Of a stretch of 64,000 nt of DNA, positions 1 to 13,731 are shown in pieces. The stretch comes from Candidatus Multivoradales bacterium (lineage in GTDB: Bacteria > Acidobacteriota > Thermoanaerobaculia > Multivoradales > JAHEKO01), in NCBI GenBank assembly GCA_965223855.1, contig CBDCXM010000008.1:416001-480000 (forward strand), in the 5' to 3' direction. The notes under the pieces are model-generated. The model searched no databases. It was not told the DNA's origin and saw nothing but the letters and a program-made list of their open reading frames with translations. Made by a program: the position numbers and the translations under genes. The first letter of the stretch is position 1, and every line of letters begins with the position of its first letter.

Positions 1-2
1 GC

Positions 3-3000
3 ACCACCTGGGCGCCGATCTTCGACGACCAGCCGTCGTACTCGATCGGCTGCGTGACGATCGACCCCGCCAACCCGGACGTCGTCTGGGTCGGCACCGG
101 CGAGAACGTCAGCGGGCGCCATGTCGGCTGGGGCAGCGGCGTCTACAGGAGCGACGACGGCGGCGCCTCCTGGCGAGCGATGGGCCTCGAGTCGAGCGAG
201 CACATCGGCCGCATCCTCGTGGATCCGCGCGACTCCGACGTCGTGCTGGTCGCCGCCGAAGGTCCGCTGTGGTCTTCGGGCGGCGAGCGCGGCGTCTACC
301 GCTCGGCTGATGGCGGTTCCACCTGGGAGCGGGTGCTCCACGTCGACGACGACACCGGCGCCACGAGCCTCGAGCGCGACCCCAGCGACCCGGACGTGCT
401 CTATGCCGCCACCTACCAGCGCCGGCGCTCGGTGTGGTCGCACCTCGCCGGCGGACCGGGGTCCGGGATCCACAAGTCGACCGACGGCGGGCTCACCTGG
501 ACCCAGCTCGAGAGCGGCCTCCCCTCGGGTGACATGGGGAAGATCGGCCTCACCGTTTCGCCCGTCGACCCGGCGGTCATCTACGCCACCATCGAGGCGC
601 ACGAGGACGAGCGCGGCTTCTACCGTTCGGTCGACCGCGGCGCCACCTGGACGAAGCGCTCGAGCTATCTCTCGAACGGCACCGGCCCGCACTACTACCA
701 GGAGATCTACGCCTCGCCTCACGACGTCGATCACGTCTACCAGATGGACGTCTTCCTCCACCAGACGCTCGACGGCGGCGCCAACTTCGAGATCGTCGGC
801 AACGGCCGCGAGAAGCACAGCGACAACCACGCGCTGTGGATCGACCCGGGAGATGCCAATCACCTGCTGATCGGTACCGACGCCGGCCTCTACGAGAGCT
901 TCGACCGCGGTACCACGTGGCGCCATACGCCGAACCTGCCGATCTCGCAGCTCTACAAGCTCGCCGTCGAGCAGACGACGCCGTTCTACGACCTGCTCGG
1001 CGGCGCACAGGACCTCGGCACTCTCCACGGCCCGGCGCGCAGCCGCAGCCGCGAGGGGATCCGCAGCTCCGAGTGGTACGTGCCGCTCGGCGCCGACGGC
1101 TACTCGTCGGCGTTCGACCGCGAGGACTCCGATCTGCTCTACATCGAGTGGCAGGTAGGGCGCCTGGTGCGCTACGACCGCAAGAGCGAAGAGATGATCG
1201 ACATCCAGCCGCTACCGGCGGCCGGCGAGCCTGCCGAGCGCTTCAACTGGGACGCCCCGGTACGCACCAGCCCGCACTCGCCGACGCGGCTCTACTTCGC
1301 CTCGCAGCGGCTGTGGCGGAGCGACAACCGCGGCGACTCGTGGACGGCGATCAGCGGCGACCTGACCCGCGGCGAGAACCGCTACACCCTGCCGATGGCG
1401 GGGCGCGTCCAGAGCGTCGACGCGCTCTACGACAACACCGCGATGTCGTGGTACGCCACCGTGACGTCGATCGCCGAGTCGCCGCTCGACGAAGCGCTCG
1501 TCTACACCGGCAGCGACGACGGCCTTGTCCAGGTGACCGAGGACGGCGGCGACAACTGGCGGCGGTGCTCGCTGCCGCGGGAGATTCCCGAGCGCTCGTT
1601 CGTCAACGACCTGCGCGCCTCGCAACACGATGCCGACACCGTCTTCGCGGTGCTCGACAACCATAAGGAGGGAGACTTCCGGCCGCTCCTGATCGAGAGC
1701 CGCGACCGCTGCCGCAGCTGGCGGTCGATCGCCGGCGACCTGCCGGAGGCGTCGATCCTGTGGGCGGTCGACGAGGACCACGTGTTGCCGGAGCTTCTGT
1801 TCGTCGGCGCCGAGCACGGTCTGTGGGCGACCCTCGACGGCGGCGAGCGGTGGATCGAGCTCTCGGCCGGCGTGCCGACGATCTCGTTCCGCGACATCGA
1901 GATCCATCGCGAGCGCAGCGACCTCGTCGCCGCGACGTTCGGCCGCGGCATGTACGTGCTCGACGACTACTCGCCGCTGCGCGAACTGGCGAAGGGCGGC
2001 GTCCCCGACGAGGGCTCGCTGTTCCCGGTCAGGGACACCTGGGCCTACGTGCCGACGGTGCCGATGCAGGCTCCGGGCAAGCCGACCCTCGGGAGCACCG
2101 ACTACGCCGGCGAGAATCCGCCGCAAGGGGCGCTTCTGCGCTACCTCGTGACCAGCGACACGCCGACCGCCGCCGAGCGGCGGCGCGAGGGCGAGTCGGA
2201 CGGGGACGGCGACGTCTCCTTCCCCGGTTGGGAGACGTTGCGCGAAGAGGCGCTCGAGTCGGCTCCCGAGGTCCTGGTGACGATTCGCGACGCCGAGGGG
2301 GATCCGGTGCGCCGCCTGGCCGGTCCGGCTACCCGCGGCCTTCACACTCTCTCCTGGGACCTGCGCCGCCAGGCGGCCGACCCGGTCGAGCTCTCCCCGC
2401 CCTCCTTCCGCCCGCCGTGGGCGGGCGAGCGGCAGGGGCCGCTCGTCGCACCGGGCTCCTACTCCGCCACCCTCGAACTGTTGACCGCGGACGGCAGCGT
2501 GCCACTGGGCGGTCCGCAGGCGTTCGAGGTCCATGCTCTCGCCGGCCGCTCTCTGCCGAGCGACTTCGCCGCCGCGGCGGCGTTCCAGGAGCGCACGGCG
2601 GCGCTCCTGCGCGACGTCGTCTCCGAGGCGCGGGAGCTGGGCCGTCACGAAGAGGCGGTCGCCGCCTGGCGGGCGACGCTCGAGGAGACCCCCGCGGCGA
2701 CGGCGGAGATGTTCGGCCGGCTCGAGACGATCCGTCGCGAGCTCGCCGCCCTCCGGCTGGACCTGCTCGGGGACTCGCTGCTCGGTGAGTACCGCGAGCC
2801 GTCGGCGCCTTCGATCGCCCGGAGGGTCCGCCAGGTGGAGGGCGGTCATTGGGAGACGCGAGAGCGTCCGACCGCTACCCAGCGCTCGAGCCTCGCGATC
2901 GCTGAGGCGGCTTTCGCCGCCCTTCTCGAGCGCCGCGCTGCCCTCGTGAGGGAGGTGATCGAGCCCTTCAGAAAGGACCTCGAGGCGGCCGGAGCTCCCT

Positions 3001-3011
3001 GGATCCCCTGA
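3..3011 (+). CDS. VPS10/sortilin-like BNR (Asp-box) beta-propeller glycosyl hydrolase-like protein, 5' truncated by the window edge
   Basis: Frame is open from base 3. Many S-x-D-x-G-x-T/S-W Asp-boxes, [11 protein letters not shown] and ERFNWDAP motifs, C-terminal coiled coil. Paralog of 21645..24767. Confidence 0.85.
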   Translation, partial: TTWAPIFDDQPSYSIGCVTIDPANPDVVWVGTGENVSGRHVGWGSGVYRSDDGGASWRAMGLESSEHIGRILVDPRDSDVVLVAAEGPLWSSGGERGVYRSADGGSTWERVLHVDDDTGATSLERDPSDPDVLYAATYQRRRSVWSHLAGGPGSGIHKSTDGGLTWTQLESGLPSGDMGKIGLTVSPVDPAVIYATIEAHEDERGFYRSVDRGATWTKRSSYLSNGTGPHYYQEIYASPHDVDHVYQMDVFLHQTLDGGANFEIVGNGREKHSDNHALWIDPGDANHLLIGTDAGLYESFDRGTTWRHTPNLPISQLYKLAVEQTTPFYDLLGGAQDLGTLHGPARSRSREGIRSSEWYVPLGADGYSSAFDREDSDLLYIEWQVGRLVRYDRKSEEMIDIQPLPAAGEPAERFNWDAPVRTSPHSPTRLYFASQRLWRSDNRGDSWTAISGDLTRGENRYTLPMAGRVQSVDALYDNTAMSWYATVTSIAESPLDEALVYTGSDDGLVQVTEDGGDNWRRCSLPREIPERSFVNDLRASQHDADTVFAVLDNHKEGDFRPLLIESRDRCRSWRSIAGDLPEASILWAVDEDHVLPELLFVGAEHGLWATLDGGERWIELSAGVPTISFRDIEIHRERSDLVAATFGRGMYVLDDYSPLRELAKGGVPDEGSLFPVRDTWAYVPTVPMQAPGKPTLGSTDYAGENPPQGALLRYLVTSDTPTAAERRREGESDGDGDVSFPGWETLREEALESAPEVLVTIRDAEGDPVRRLAGPATRGLHTLSWDLRRQAADPVELSPPSFRPPWAGERQGPLVAPGSYSATLELLTADGSVPLGGPQAFEVHALAGRSLPSDFAAAAAFQERTAALLRDVVSEARELGRHEEAVAAWRATLEETPAATAEMFGRLETIRRELAALRLDLLGDSLLGEYREPSAPSIARRVRQVEGGHWETRERPTATQRSSLAIAEAAFAALLERRAALVREVIEPFRKDLEAAGAPWIP

Positions 3012-3214
3012 GAGTCCAGCTCCTCCCGGAATCCCGGCTCTGGAATCGTCACTTGCGAGACGATGACTTCCGTGGGCAAGTCAGGATAGGATCCGCTTGG
3101 CCTCGGGGCCTCCCGCCCCTTATCCGGAACGGTATCGTCCTCAGGCCGGAAAGCAGTCCAGTACAACGAGGGCCGATCTTTGCGTCGAGCACTCACAATC
3201 AGGAGTTATCAGCA

Positions 3215-3421
3215 ATGAGCAGCACAGGTACAGTCAAGTGGTTCAACGACGCCAAGGGCTTCGGCTTCATCACGGTCGACGAGAGCAACGAAGAGTGCTT
3301 CGTCCACTACAGCGCGGTCCAGGGGAACGGCTTCAAGTCGCTCGCCGAGGGTGATCGCGTCCAGTTCGACCGGGTCCAGGGCCAGAAGGGTCCGGCGGCG
3401 GAGAACGTCGTCAAGATCTGA
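3215..3421 (+). CDS. cspA: Cold-shock protein (CspA family)
   Basis: [19 protein letters not shown]...FVHYSA (RNP1/RNP2). AGGAG RBS upstream of ATG 3215. Confidence 0.95.
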   Translation: MSSTGTVKWFNDAKGFGFITVDESNEECFVHYSAVQGNGFKSLAEGDRVQFDRVQGQKGPAAENVVKI

Positions 3422-3443
3422 CCGCCGGTCAGAGGACTTCAAG

Positions 3444-3482
3444 ACGGGCCGTCCCGAGCGATCGGGGCGGCCCGTTTTCTTT
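3444..3482 (+). terminator. Rho-independent terminator of csp
   Basis: acgggccgtcccga-gcga-tcggggcggcccgt followed by tttcttt. Confidence 0.8.
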
Positions 3483-3731
3483 GGGCCGCCCGAAGCAGCC
3501 GACAGCGGTGCTACGATCCTTCCAGCTCCTACACGAGTCACCGAAATCATGACTTCGCCCAGCCCGCATGATCCGCGAGATCCTGTCGCGAAAGGTCGAA
3601 GTGCCCGTCAGATCGGGCTACTCGCAGCGACGAGACCCAACGGGCGTACCGGCAGTACGTCGAGGAGCGAGGAGTGAGGACGGCCCGAGACGGCGGGCAA
3701 CGTCGCCCTTGCAGCAGGGACCTCGTGAATC

Positions 3732-5095
<1,364 letters not shown>

Positions 5096-5099
<4 letters not shown>

Positions 5100-6601
5100 C
5101 CCTGGCGGCGCGCATCGCCCTCGGGATGCTGCTGCTGGTAGGCCTGCTGGTCGCCCTCGCCACCTGGCAGCTCCGGGCGATGGACCGGCTCGCCGAGAGC
5201 ACCGGCCACCTCGCCGGCGACGGCCTCGAACTGCGACGCCAGCTGCAGGAGCTGCGCTCGGAAGTCGTGGGGCTCTCCGAGTTCACCGCGCGCTTCAGCG
5301 TGTTGCGGGACCCAGCCTACTCGGCGGAGCTCGCCGAGCGCCGCGTCGCGACCGGCGAACGGCTCGAGACGATCGCCTCTCTGTCCCTGTCAGGGCTCTC
5401 GCAAGCCGCCTCGGCACTCGAAGAACGTTGGAAGGAGTACGCGGTACCGGCCGGGCGCCGGGAGGAGGCGCTCCTGCGCGGCCGCGGCTCGGCGAGAGAC
5501 GAGCTCCTCCGCTCCCTCGACGACATCGTCGATGCGATCGAGGCGCTCGACTCGATCGTCGATCGCGAGCAGGCGACCCTTGCGCTCTCGGCCGCCGACC
5601 AGGCCGCTCGGGCACGTGGTCTGGCTGCCGGCGTCGTCGCCCTGGCGCTGCTGGGAGGGCTCTTCGCCACCCTGATGGTGGTGCGCTCTGTCGCCGTCCC
5701 GATCGGGCGACTCCGGGAGGGCGCCCTGACGCTCGGCGGCGGCGACCTGACCCATCGCGTACCCGGCGACGGTCCTCCGGAGATCGCCGCGCTCGCCTCC
5801 GACTTCAACGCCATGGCGGATCGCCTCGAAGAGCTCGAGGAGCTCAAGCGCGGCTTCGTCGCGACGGTGTCGCACGACCTCAAGTCGCCTCTCGCCTCGA
5901 TCCGCGAGACCCTGACGTTGCTTCTGGACGGCTCGCTGGGAGCCGTGAGCGAGGAGCAAAAGGAGATTCTCGAACTCCAGCGCGGCTCGGTCGACCGCCT
6001 GACCCGAATGATCCACGACCTGCTCGACCTGGCGAGCCTCGACGCCGGAGGGCTCGAGATCAGAAGGTCGCCCGAGGACCTCGTCGCCGTCGTCCGTCGG
6101 GTGCTGCTGGAGATGCAGCCTCTCCTGAAACCGAGCGGACTGTCGGTCGCCACCCGGTTTCCCCCGGAGCCGGTCACCGCCCTCGTCGATGCCGAACGCC
6201 TCCACCAGGTCGTACAGAACCTGCTGACGAACGCGATCGACCACTCGCCTGAGGACGGCGCGATCGAAGTGACCGTCGATCGATCGGTGTCCGAGGGCAG
6301 AGGTCGGGAGGAGCCCGGCGTCTCCAATCCACGCCCGAGCCCGGGCGGCGTGCTCGTGGCGATCGGCGACCGGGGCCCCGGCGTTCCCGAGGCTCACAAG
6401 GAGCGGATCTTCGACCGGTTTCACCGCCTCGATCGATCGATGGGGGCGAGCAAGGGGACCGGGCTCGGCCTGCCGATCGCCCGCGCGATCGTCGCGGCGC
6501 ACGACGGCCGGATCCGGATCGAGGACCGCCCGGGCGGCGGGAGCGTTTTCGTCGTCGAGCTGCCGGCGGCACCGGATCCCGCCGACTCCCGAAGCGACTG
6601 A
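5096..6601 (+). CDS. Sensor histidine kinase (2 TM, HAMP, HisKA, HATPase)
   Basis: GTG 5096 overlaps the regulator stop (GTGA). Motifs SHDLKSPL, NLLTNAI, DRGPG, GTGLGL. The upstream part of ORF 4430..6601 is a shadow. Confidence 0.93.
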
Positions 6602-6613
6602 TTCTCGGGCACA

Positions 6614-7105
6614 ATGGCGGGAATGGACCACCCTCGACATCCGAGTCGCCGCCTCGTGCCGCTGGCGCTGCCGATCCTGCTCCTGGTCGCCGGCTGCGCG
6701 GGAGTTCTGCGAAAGAACAGCTCGGCGCCCGAGGGGGTCGCGCCCGAATCGGAGCAGACGGCGGCGCAGCGACCTGCGGACCCGAGGGCTCGAGCCGCGT
6801 CGCTGCTCGGGGAGCGCCGCTACGCAGAGGCCGCGAACGTCTGGATCAACTGGGTCGATGCCAACCCGCAACACGACGAAGCCGACATGGGCCTCCTCGA
6901 TGCAGCCGTCGCGGCACTCGCGATGCCGAGGGGAACCGGAGTCGCGACGGCCCGCGCCACCCTCGCCCGGCTGGTGCGTGACTATCCGTCGAGCCCGGTA
7001 AGGCAGGCGGCCGAGACGCTCCTGCGTTCGTGGAGCGATCTCGACCGCCTGCAACGCCAGCTCGCCGAGATCAAGAAGATCGACCTCGGCGAGCCGGACG
7101 GGTGA
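6614..7105 (+). CDS. Lipoprotein with TPR-like helices and C-terminal coiled coil (QseG/YfhG-like accessory protein)
   Basis: Lipobox LLVAGC, YPSSP TPR-like cap, C-terminal QRQLAEIKKID. Third gene of the two-component operon. Confidence 0.65.
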   Translation: MAGMDHPRHPSRRLVPLALPILLLVAGCAGVLRKNSSAPEGVAPESEQTAAQRPADPRARAASLLGERRYAEAANVWINWVDANPQHDEADMGLLDAAVAALAMPRGTGVATARATLARLVRDYPSSPVRQAAETLLRSWSDLDRLQRQLAEIKKIDLGEPDG

Positions 7106-7127
7106 GGTTGGACTCAGAGGGCGGAGG

Positions 7128-7817
7128 TCAGCGGACCTTCGCCTTCAGCAGCACGTCGACCCTGCGGTTGAGGCGGCGGCCGCTGTCGCTGTCGTTCGAA
7201 GCTACCGGGTAGCCCTCACCGTAGCCGAGAGCGGTGACGCGACCGTCATCGACGCCTCCGCCGACGAGCAGCGTGCGAACCGCTCCTGCGCGCCGTTCGG
7301 AGAGCTGCAGGTTGTGTTCCTCGCTGCCGGTCGAATCTGTGTGCCCCTGGACGATGACCGCGGTCTTGGGGTACTCGGCGAGCACGCCGGCGACGTTGTC
7401 GACGCTCGCGCGGCCGCCGGCATCGACGATCGCCGAGTCGACGGCGAAGAGCACGTTCGAATCGAACCTCACCATCAGCAGGTTCTCTCCGAGGCGCTCG
7501 ACCGTAGTCCCCGGAATCCTCGCCAGGGCCTCTTCCTGCCGGTCCATGTAGACACCGACCCCGGTCCCGATGGCGGCACCGATCGCGGCACCGGCCAGGA
7601 TCTCGTCGGCCTCCCGCTCACCCTTGAGGATCGCGGCGGCCGCACCGGAGGCGGCGCCGATCGCGGCGCCCTTCTTCGTCTTGTCCCGCTCGGTCGTGTA
7701 CGGGCCCCGTACGCCGGCGCACGCCTGGGTCAGGAGACCGAGCGTGCAGGCGGCGGCGACCGCCCCGAGAAGACGTCTTCGAAAGTGCTGAGTGGAACTG
7801 CTGCTGCTGTTGAACAT
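7128..7817 (-). CDS. OmpA-family lipoprotein with glycine zipper (YiaD-like)
   Basis: AAGGAGG RBS before ATG 7817. TQAC lipobox, GAAIGA repeats, GHTDSTG...NLQLSERRA...NRRV OmpA-like domain. Confidence 0.92.
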   Translation of the reverse strand: MFNSSSSSTQHFRRRLLGAVAAACTLGLLTQACAGVRGPYTTERDKTKKGAAIGAASGAAAAILKGEREADEILAGAAIGAAIGTGVGVYMDRQEEALARIPGTTVERLGENLLMVRFDSNVLFAVDSAIVDAGGRASVDNVAGVLAEYPKTAVIVQGHTDSTGSEEHNLQLSERRAGAVRTLLVGGGVDDGRVTALGYGEGYPVASNDSDSGRRLNRRVDVLLKAKVR

Positions 7818-7844
7818 GATTCTGTCCTCCTTGCCCCCTTGAAG

Positions 7845-7860
7845 AGCAAGCTGCATGCCG
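7845..7860 (-). promoter_or_regulatory. Sigma-54 (-24/-12) promoter for the leftward OmpA gene
   Basis: Minus strand reads CGGCATGCAGCTTGCT = GG-N10-GC with TTGC, about 30 nt upstream of the start codon. Confidence 0.75.
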
Positions 7861-7918
7861 AGCACGAGATGTCAGGCAGCCATTGGCGTCCCGCCGATCC
7901 GGGCTCCGGGTGTCGAGC

Positions 7919-7962
7919 GCAGACCGGGAAGGATCTTCCTGCAGACCGGGCGAACTTCCCTG
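7919..7962. promoter_or_regulatory. Tandem 22-bp-period repeat with internal palindromes; candidate enhancer (UAS) for the sigma-54 activator
   Basis: GCAGACCGGG at 7919 and 7941, followed by GGAAG-gat-CTTCC and GGG-cgaactt-CCC dyads. Lies between two sigma-54 promoters. Confidence 0.55.
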
Positions 7963-8050
7963 CCCGAAGGCCCGGGGAGTCCGCAACCGGGGGAGACCCG
8001 GGCCGGAAGAGGCCAGCGGCCTTCAGGGAGGTCGGCGAGCGGGCACGCTT

Positions 8051-8066
8051 TGGCACGTCTCCTGCT
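8051..8066 (+). promoter_or_regulatory. Sigma-54 (-24/-12) promoter for the rightward OmpA gene
   Basis: TGGCACGTCTCCTGCT = TGGCAC-N5-CTGC, GG-N10-GC. Confidence 0.8.
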
Positions 8067-8126
8067 CTCTTCCTTGTTCGACGCCGCTCGACGGCGAACG
8101 GAAATGTGACCACGAGGAGGTAGTTC

Positions 8127-8798
8127 ATGACATCCCAACCCCATCCGAACCGAAGCACACTCAGCAACAGCCTCAGGGCCTTCACCGTTCTCTCTCTTGT
8201 CGGTGTCGTCCTCACCGGCTGCGCCAGCCACAAGTTCGTCCGCAAGCACGACGAGACCGTCCGCGCCGACATGAGCGAGGAGATCGGCAACGTCGCCTCC
8301 GGCCTCGAGCAGACGCAGGGTGATCTCGCCGCACTCGATGACACCGTCACCGAGCAGGGCGAGCAGATCGACGAGCTCTCACAGACCAGCCGCGAAGCGC
8401 TCGAGCGGGCGCTCGCCGCCGGCAAGCTGGCCGAGGGCAAGTTCCTCTACGAGACGCTCCTGACCGACGACGCCGTCAAGTTCGGTTTCGAGAAGGCGTC
8501 GCTCTCCGACGAGGCGAAGCAGGCCCTCGACGGGTTCGCCGCCGAGCTCCGGGAGCGGGACGAGAACGTCTACGTCGAGATTCAGGGGCACACCGACTCG
8601 ACCGGCAACGACAGCTTCAACCTCGAACTCGGCGAACGGCGCGCGGAGAGCGTACGGCGCTACCTGAGCCTCGAGCACGGAGTGCCGCTCCACCGCATGG
8701 GCGTCATCTCCTACGGTGAGACGGCGCCGATGGCGGACAACCAGAGTCGAGAGGGTCGGGCCAGCAACCGACGCGTCGCCCTCGTGGTCCTCCGATGA
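8127..8798 (+). CDS. OmpA/Pal-like lipoprotein with N-terminal coiled coil
   Basis: GAGGAGG RBS, LTGC lipobox, GHTDSTG..FNLELGERRA...NRRV. Confidence 0.92.
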   Translation: MTSQPHPNRSTLSNSLRAFTVLSLVGVVLTGCASHKFVRKHDETVRADMSEEIGNVASGLEQTQGDLAALDDTVTEQGEQIDELSQTSREALERALAAGKLAEGKFLYETLLTDDAVKFGFEKASLSDEAKQALDGFAAELRERDENVYVEIQGHTDSTGNDSFNLELGERRAESVRRYLSLEHGVPLHRMGVISYGETAPMADNQSREGRASNRRVALVVLR

Positions 8799-8917
8799 CG
8801 CAGCTCAGTTTCCCGGCCCAATAGACCGGGATCCGTTGCTGTCCATCCTCTCCGGGGATCCGGCCTTCAGGCCGGGTCCCCATTTTTCCGTCCGGCGGTG
8901 GCGTGCCGCCTCGGGCG

Positions 8918-9418
8918 TCAGCTTTCGCCGTCGCCCTTGCGTCCGCGAATCGAGTCGGAGAGGTCCTCGAGCGTCTCCTTCGCCGCATCCCTGGCACCGG
9001 AGGCGACATCGGCCGCCGAGCGACCGACCTCACGCGCCTTGTCGAACACTCCACCCTCCTCGGTGAAGGTGTCGCGGACCTGGCCGCTCCGTTCGCGTGC
9101 CGCCCGCCCCATCTCCTGCGCCTTGTCGACCACCGCATCCTTGACGCCGGAGACGGTGTCGGCGGCGGCTTCTCCGACCTCGCGTGCGCGATCGACCGGG
9201 CCACCCTCTTCGGTGAGTGATGCCTTCACCTCGGAGCCGCGCTCGAGGGCAGCACGTCCGAGGTCCTTCGCCTTGCCGACTGCCGACTCCATCACCTCGG
9301 CCGCGTCCTCCTTGAGGTCGCCCGCCTTCTCGGCGGCCGCGTCGGCCAGCTCCCCCGCGGTTTCACCGGCGTCGGCGGCCGCATCCTTCATCTTGTCCCA
9401 GAGTCCCTTGTCGCTCAT
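8918..9418 (-). CDS. LEA/apolipoprotein-like amphipathic repeat protein (general stress type)
   Basis: A/D/E/K-rich, with a duplicated ~50-aa unit containing TEEGGxxDxAREVG. GAGGAG RBS. Confidence 0.7.
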   Translation of the reverse strand: MSDKGLWDKMKDAAADAGETAGELADAAAEKAGDLKEDAAEVMESAVGKAKDLGRAALERGSEVKASLTEEGGPVDRAREVGEAAADTVSGVKDAVVDKAQEMGRAARERSGQVRDTFTEEGGVFDKAREVGRSAADVASGARDAAKETLEDLSDSIRGRKGDGES

Positions 9419-9503
9419 CTTGTTCTCCTCGGGTGGTTGTCGGCAGACAGTTTATCGGCGACCGCGATCTCGCCATGCCTCGGGCGCCACAACGAGTGGC
9501 GCG

Positions 9504-11273
9504 TCAGACGATCGCTGCCGCCGCGGGTTCGTCGCGGCGAAGCGGCAGCGTCACCGTGAAGATCGAGCCCTCGCCCAGCAGACTCGAGACTTCGATCTCC
9601 CCTCCATGGAGGTTGACCGAGTGCTTGACGATCGCGAGCCCGAGGCCGGTCCCGCCCTCGTTGCGGGCCCGACCACGATCGACCCGGTAGAAGCGCTCGA
9701 AGAGCCGCGGCTGCGCGTCGATCGGAATTCCGCGCCCGGTGTCCTTGATCTCGAGCTCCAGAGCGTCGCCCGCCCGCTTCGCCACCACCTCGACTCTGCC
9801 ACCGACCCGGTTGTACTTGATCGCGTTCTCGACCAGGTTGAGGCACAGCTCGTCGAGCGCCACACGATTCCCTTCGACGACGAGCCCCTCCTCGACCGCC
9901 AGCGAGACCAGCACGTCCTTCTCGCGCGCCACGGCGCCGAGGACTTCGATGGTGTCGCGCAGAACCGTCTCGATCTCGACCGGTTCGAGTTCGAGAGTCT
10001 GGTGAGCCGACTCGAGTCGCGACAGCGTCAGAAGATCGTCGAGCAACGCCTGCAGGCGGCGACACTGCTGGAGGATGCGATCGAGGAAACGCTCCCGCAC
10101 TTCCGGCTCGACCCCGGCTCCCTCCTGGAGGGTCTCCGCGTAGCCGCGAATCGCCGCCAGCGGCGTCTTGAGCTCGTGAGAGACGTTGGCCACCAGGTCG
10201 CGGCGCACGCGACCCATCTGCACCAGCGCCGAGATGTCTCGCGCCGCAACGACGGCGCCGCTGGCGTCGCGCAGCATCGAGCTGGTGACGGCGACCCAGC
10301 GTTGCGCCGGCTCGCGGACTTCCAGCTCGGCGGAACGGGTCTCTCCCGACTCGAGGGTGCCGGCGATCATGTCTTCGATCTCGGGCCTGTGGGTCAATTC
10401 GAGGGCCGACATCCCCGCCACCTCTCCCTTGACCCGGAACAGTTTGCGGAATGACGGATTGGCTGTCACGGCGCGACCCGCCTGATCGGTGACGAGCACC
10501 CCCTCCGACATGCTGGCGCCGACCACCTGAAGGTGGCTTCGCTCCGCCTCGGCGACCGCGATCTGCTCGTCGATCCTGCGTGCCAGCCGGTTGAGAGCGG
10601 ATCCGACCCGCTCGAGCGATTCCTCGCCATCGACCTCGAGGCGATGATCGAGCTCCCCACGGGCGATTCGGTCGGCACCGGTCACCAGCTGCTCGAGCGG
10701 TCCGAAGAAGCGAAGGTTCAGCCACGCGGCGACCAGAGCGAGCGTGGCAAGGCTGACGAGAACGACCGTCCACAGGAGGCCGGCCATCCGCTGGCGCAGG
10801 TTCCTCAGCGTAGAAAGAGACTTGCCGAGGCGAACGACGACCACGTCGCCATCACCGCGGCTCAGCGCCTGGGCGACGAAGACGTAGGTCGCGTCGAGCG
10901 TCGCCGACCTGCGCACGCCGACACCGCGTCCCGAGCTTCTCGCCTCGACGACCTCGGGGGCCGCTGCAACACTGTCCACCTGGTCGCCGTCACGTCCCCA
11001 GCTGTCCGCCAGCACAGACCCATCGCCGCCGATGACCGTCAGTCGCAACGAGCGATCGCGAATCAGCCCCTGAGCCCACTCATCGATCTCGATCCCAGCG
11101 TCGAGCTGCTCTCGCACCAGCGGGACGATGACCGACAATGTCGCATCGAGGTCGTCCGCCGCCGTGCGCTCGACGATATCGATCATCGAGCGCCACAGAA
11201 GCGGCAGTCCCACGGCAAGGGCGACGATCGCTGGAGCGAGGACTGCTACGAGGACGCGCGGAGAGACTCTCAT
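9504..11273 (-). CDS. phoR: Phosphate regulon sensor histidine kinase PhoR
   Basis: TM-HAMP-PAS-HisKA (NVSHELKTPL)-HATPase (RFYRVD, GGTGLGL). Directly downstream of phoB and pst. Confidence 0.9.
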   Translation of the reverse strand: MRVSPRVLVAVLAPAIVALAVGLPLLWRSMIDIVERTAADDLDATLSVIVPLVREQLDAGIEIDEWAQGLIRDRSLRLTVIGGDGSVLADSWGRDGDQVDSVAAAPEVVEARSSGRGVGVRRSATLDATYVFVAQALSRGDGDVVVVRLGKSLSTLRNLRQRMAGLLWTVVLVSLATLALVAAWLNLRFFGPLEQLVTGADRIARGELDHRLEVDGEESLERVGSALNRLARRIDEQIAVAEAERSHLQVVGASMSEGVLVTDQAGRAVTANPSFRKLFRVKGEVAGMSALELTHRPEIEDMIAGTLESGETRSAELEVREPAQRWVAVTSSMLRDASGAVVAARDISALVQMGRVRRDLVANVSHELKTPLAAIRGYAETLQEGAGVEPEVRERFLDRILQQCRRLQALLDDLLTLSRLESAHQTLELEPVEIETVLRDTIEVLGAVAREKDVLVSLAVEEGLVVEGNRVALDELCLNLVENAIKYNRVGGRVEVVAKRAGDALELEIKDTGRGIPIDAQPRLFERFYRVDRGRARNEGGTGLGLAIVKHSVNLHGGEIEVSSLLGEGSIFTVTLPLRRDEPAAAAIV

Positions 11274-11279
11274 TCGGGA

Positions 11280-11966
11280 TCAGGCCCGGAAACGATATCC
11301 GACCCCGATCACCGTTTCGATCCTCCTCGCCTCGTCGCCGAGCTTGCTGCGCAAACGACGCACGTGGGTATCCACCGTGCGGCTGTCGACGTCGCTTGCG
11401 TACCCCCACACCTCGCTGAGCAGCCCGTCGCGGGTCTGCACCCTGCCGGCGCGCTCCATCAGCAGGCGCAGCAGCCGGAACTCGGTGGCCGTCAGACGGA
11501 CTTCCTCCCCCTCGATCGTCACCCTGTGCCCCGGCACGTCGAGAGCGATGCCGCCGGAGCTCAACTCCTCCGAATCACGCTCCTCGCCGCCGCCCCGCCG
11601 CAACACCGCCCTCACCCTCAGCAGCACCTCGCGCGGGCTGAACGGCTTCGCCACGTAGTCGTCGGCACCGAGTTCGAGTCCGACGATGCGATCGATCTCT
11701 TCGCTCTTGGCGGTCAGGACGATCACGGGGATGGTCGAGAGCAACTCGTCGCGCTTGAGCACCCGCAGCACCTCGAGACCATCCATGCCGGGCAGCATCA
11801 GGTCGAGGAGGATGAGCGCGGGCCGGCTCGCCTCGATCGCAGCGAGCGCCCGATCGCCGCGATCGACCCTCGTCGTCTCGTAGCCGTCCCGCTCGAGGTT
11901 GTATTCGAGGATCTCGGCGATCGACGCCTCGTCCTCGACGATCAGAATCCGCTCAGCGTCCGCCAT
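11280..11966 (-). CDS. phoB: OmpR-family response regulator PhoB
   Basis: REC plus winged helix (RTVDTHVRRLRSKL, ETVIGVGY), within the pst cluster. Confidence 0.9.
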   Translation of the reverse strand: MADAERILIVEDEASIAEILEYNLERDGYETTRVDRGDRALAAIEASRPALILLDLMLPGMDGLEVLRVLKRDELLSTIPVIVLTAKSEEIDRIVGLELGADDYVAKPFSPREVLLRVRAVLRRGGGEERDSEELSSGGIALDVPGHRVTIEGEEVRLTATEFRLLRLLMERAGRVQTRDGLLSEVWGYASDVDSRTVDTHVRRLRSKLGDEARRIETVIGVGYRFRA

Positions 11967-11975
11967 GGCTCGCGA

Positions 11976-12842
<867 letters not shown>

Positions 12843-12877
12843 CTCGTCTCTTCCGGGGGCGTCAGTATACGGCCGGA

Positions 12878-13729
<852 letters not shown>

Positions 13730-13731
13730 GG

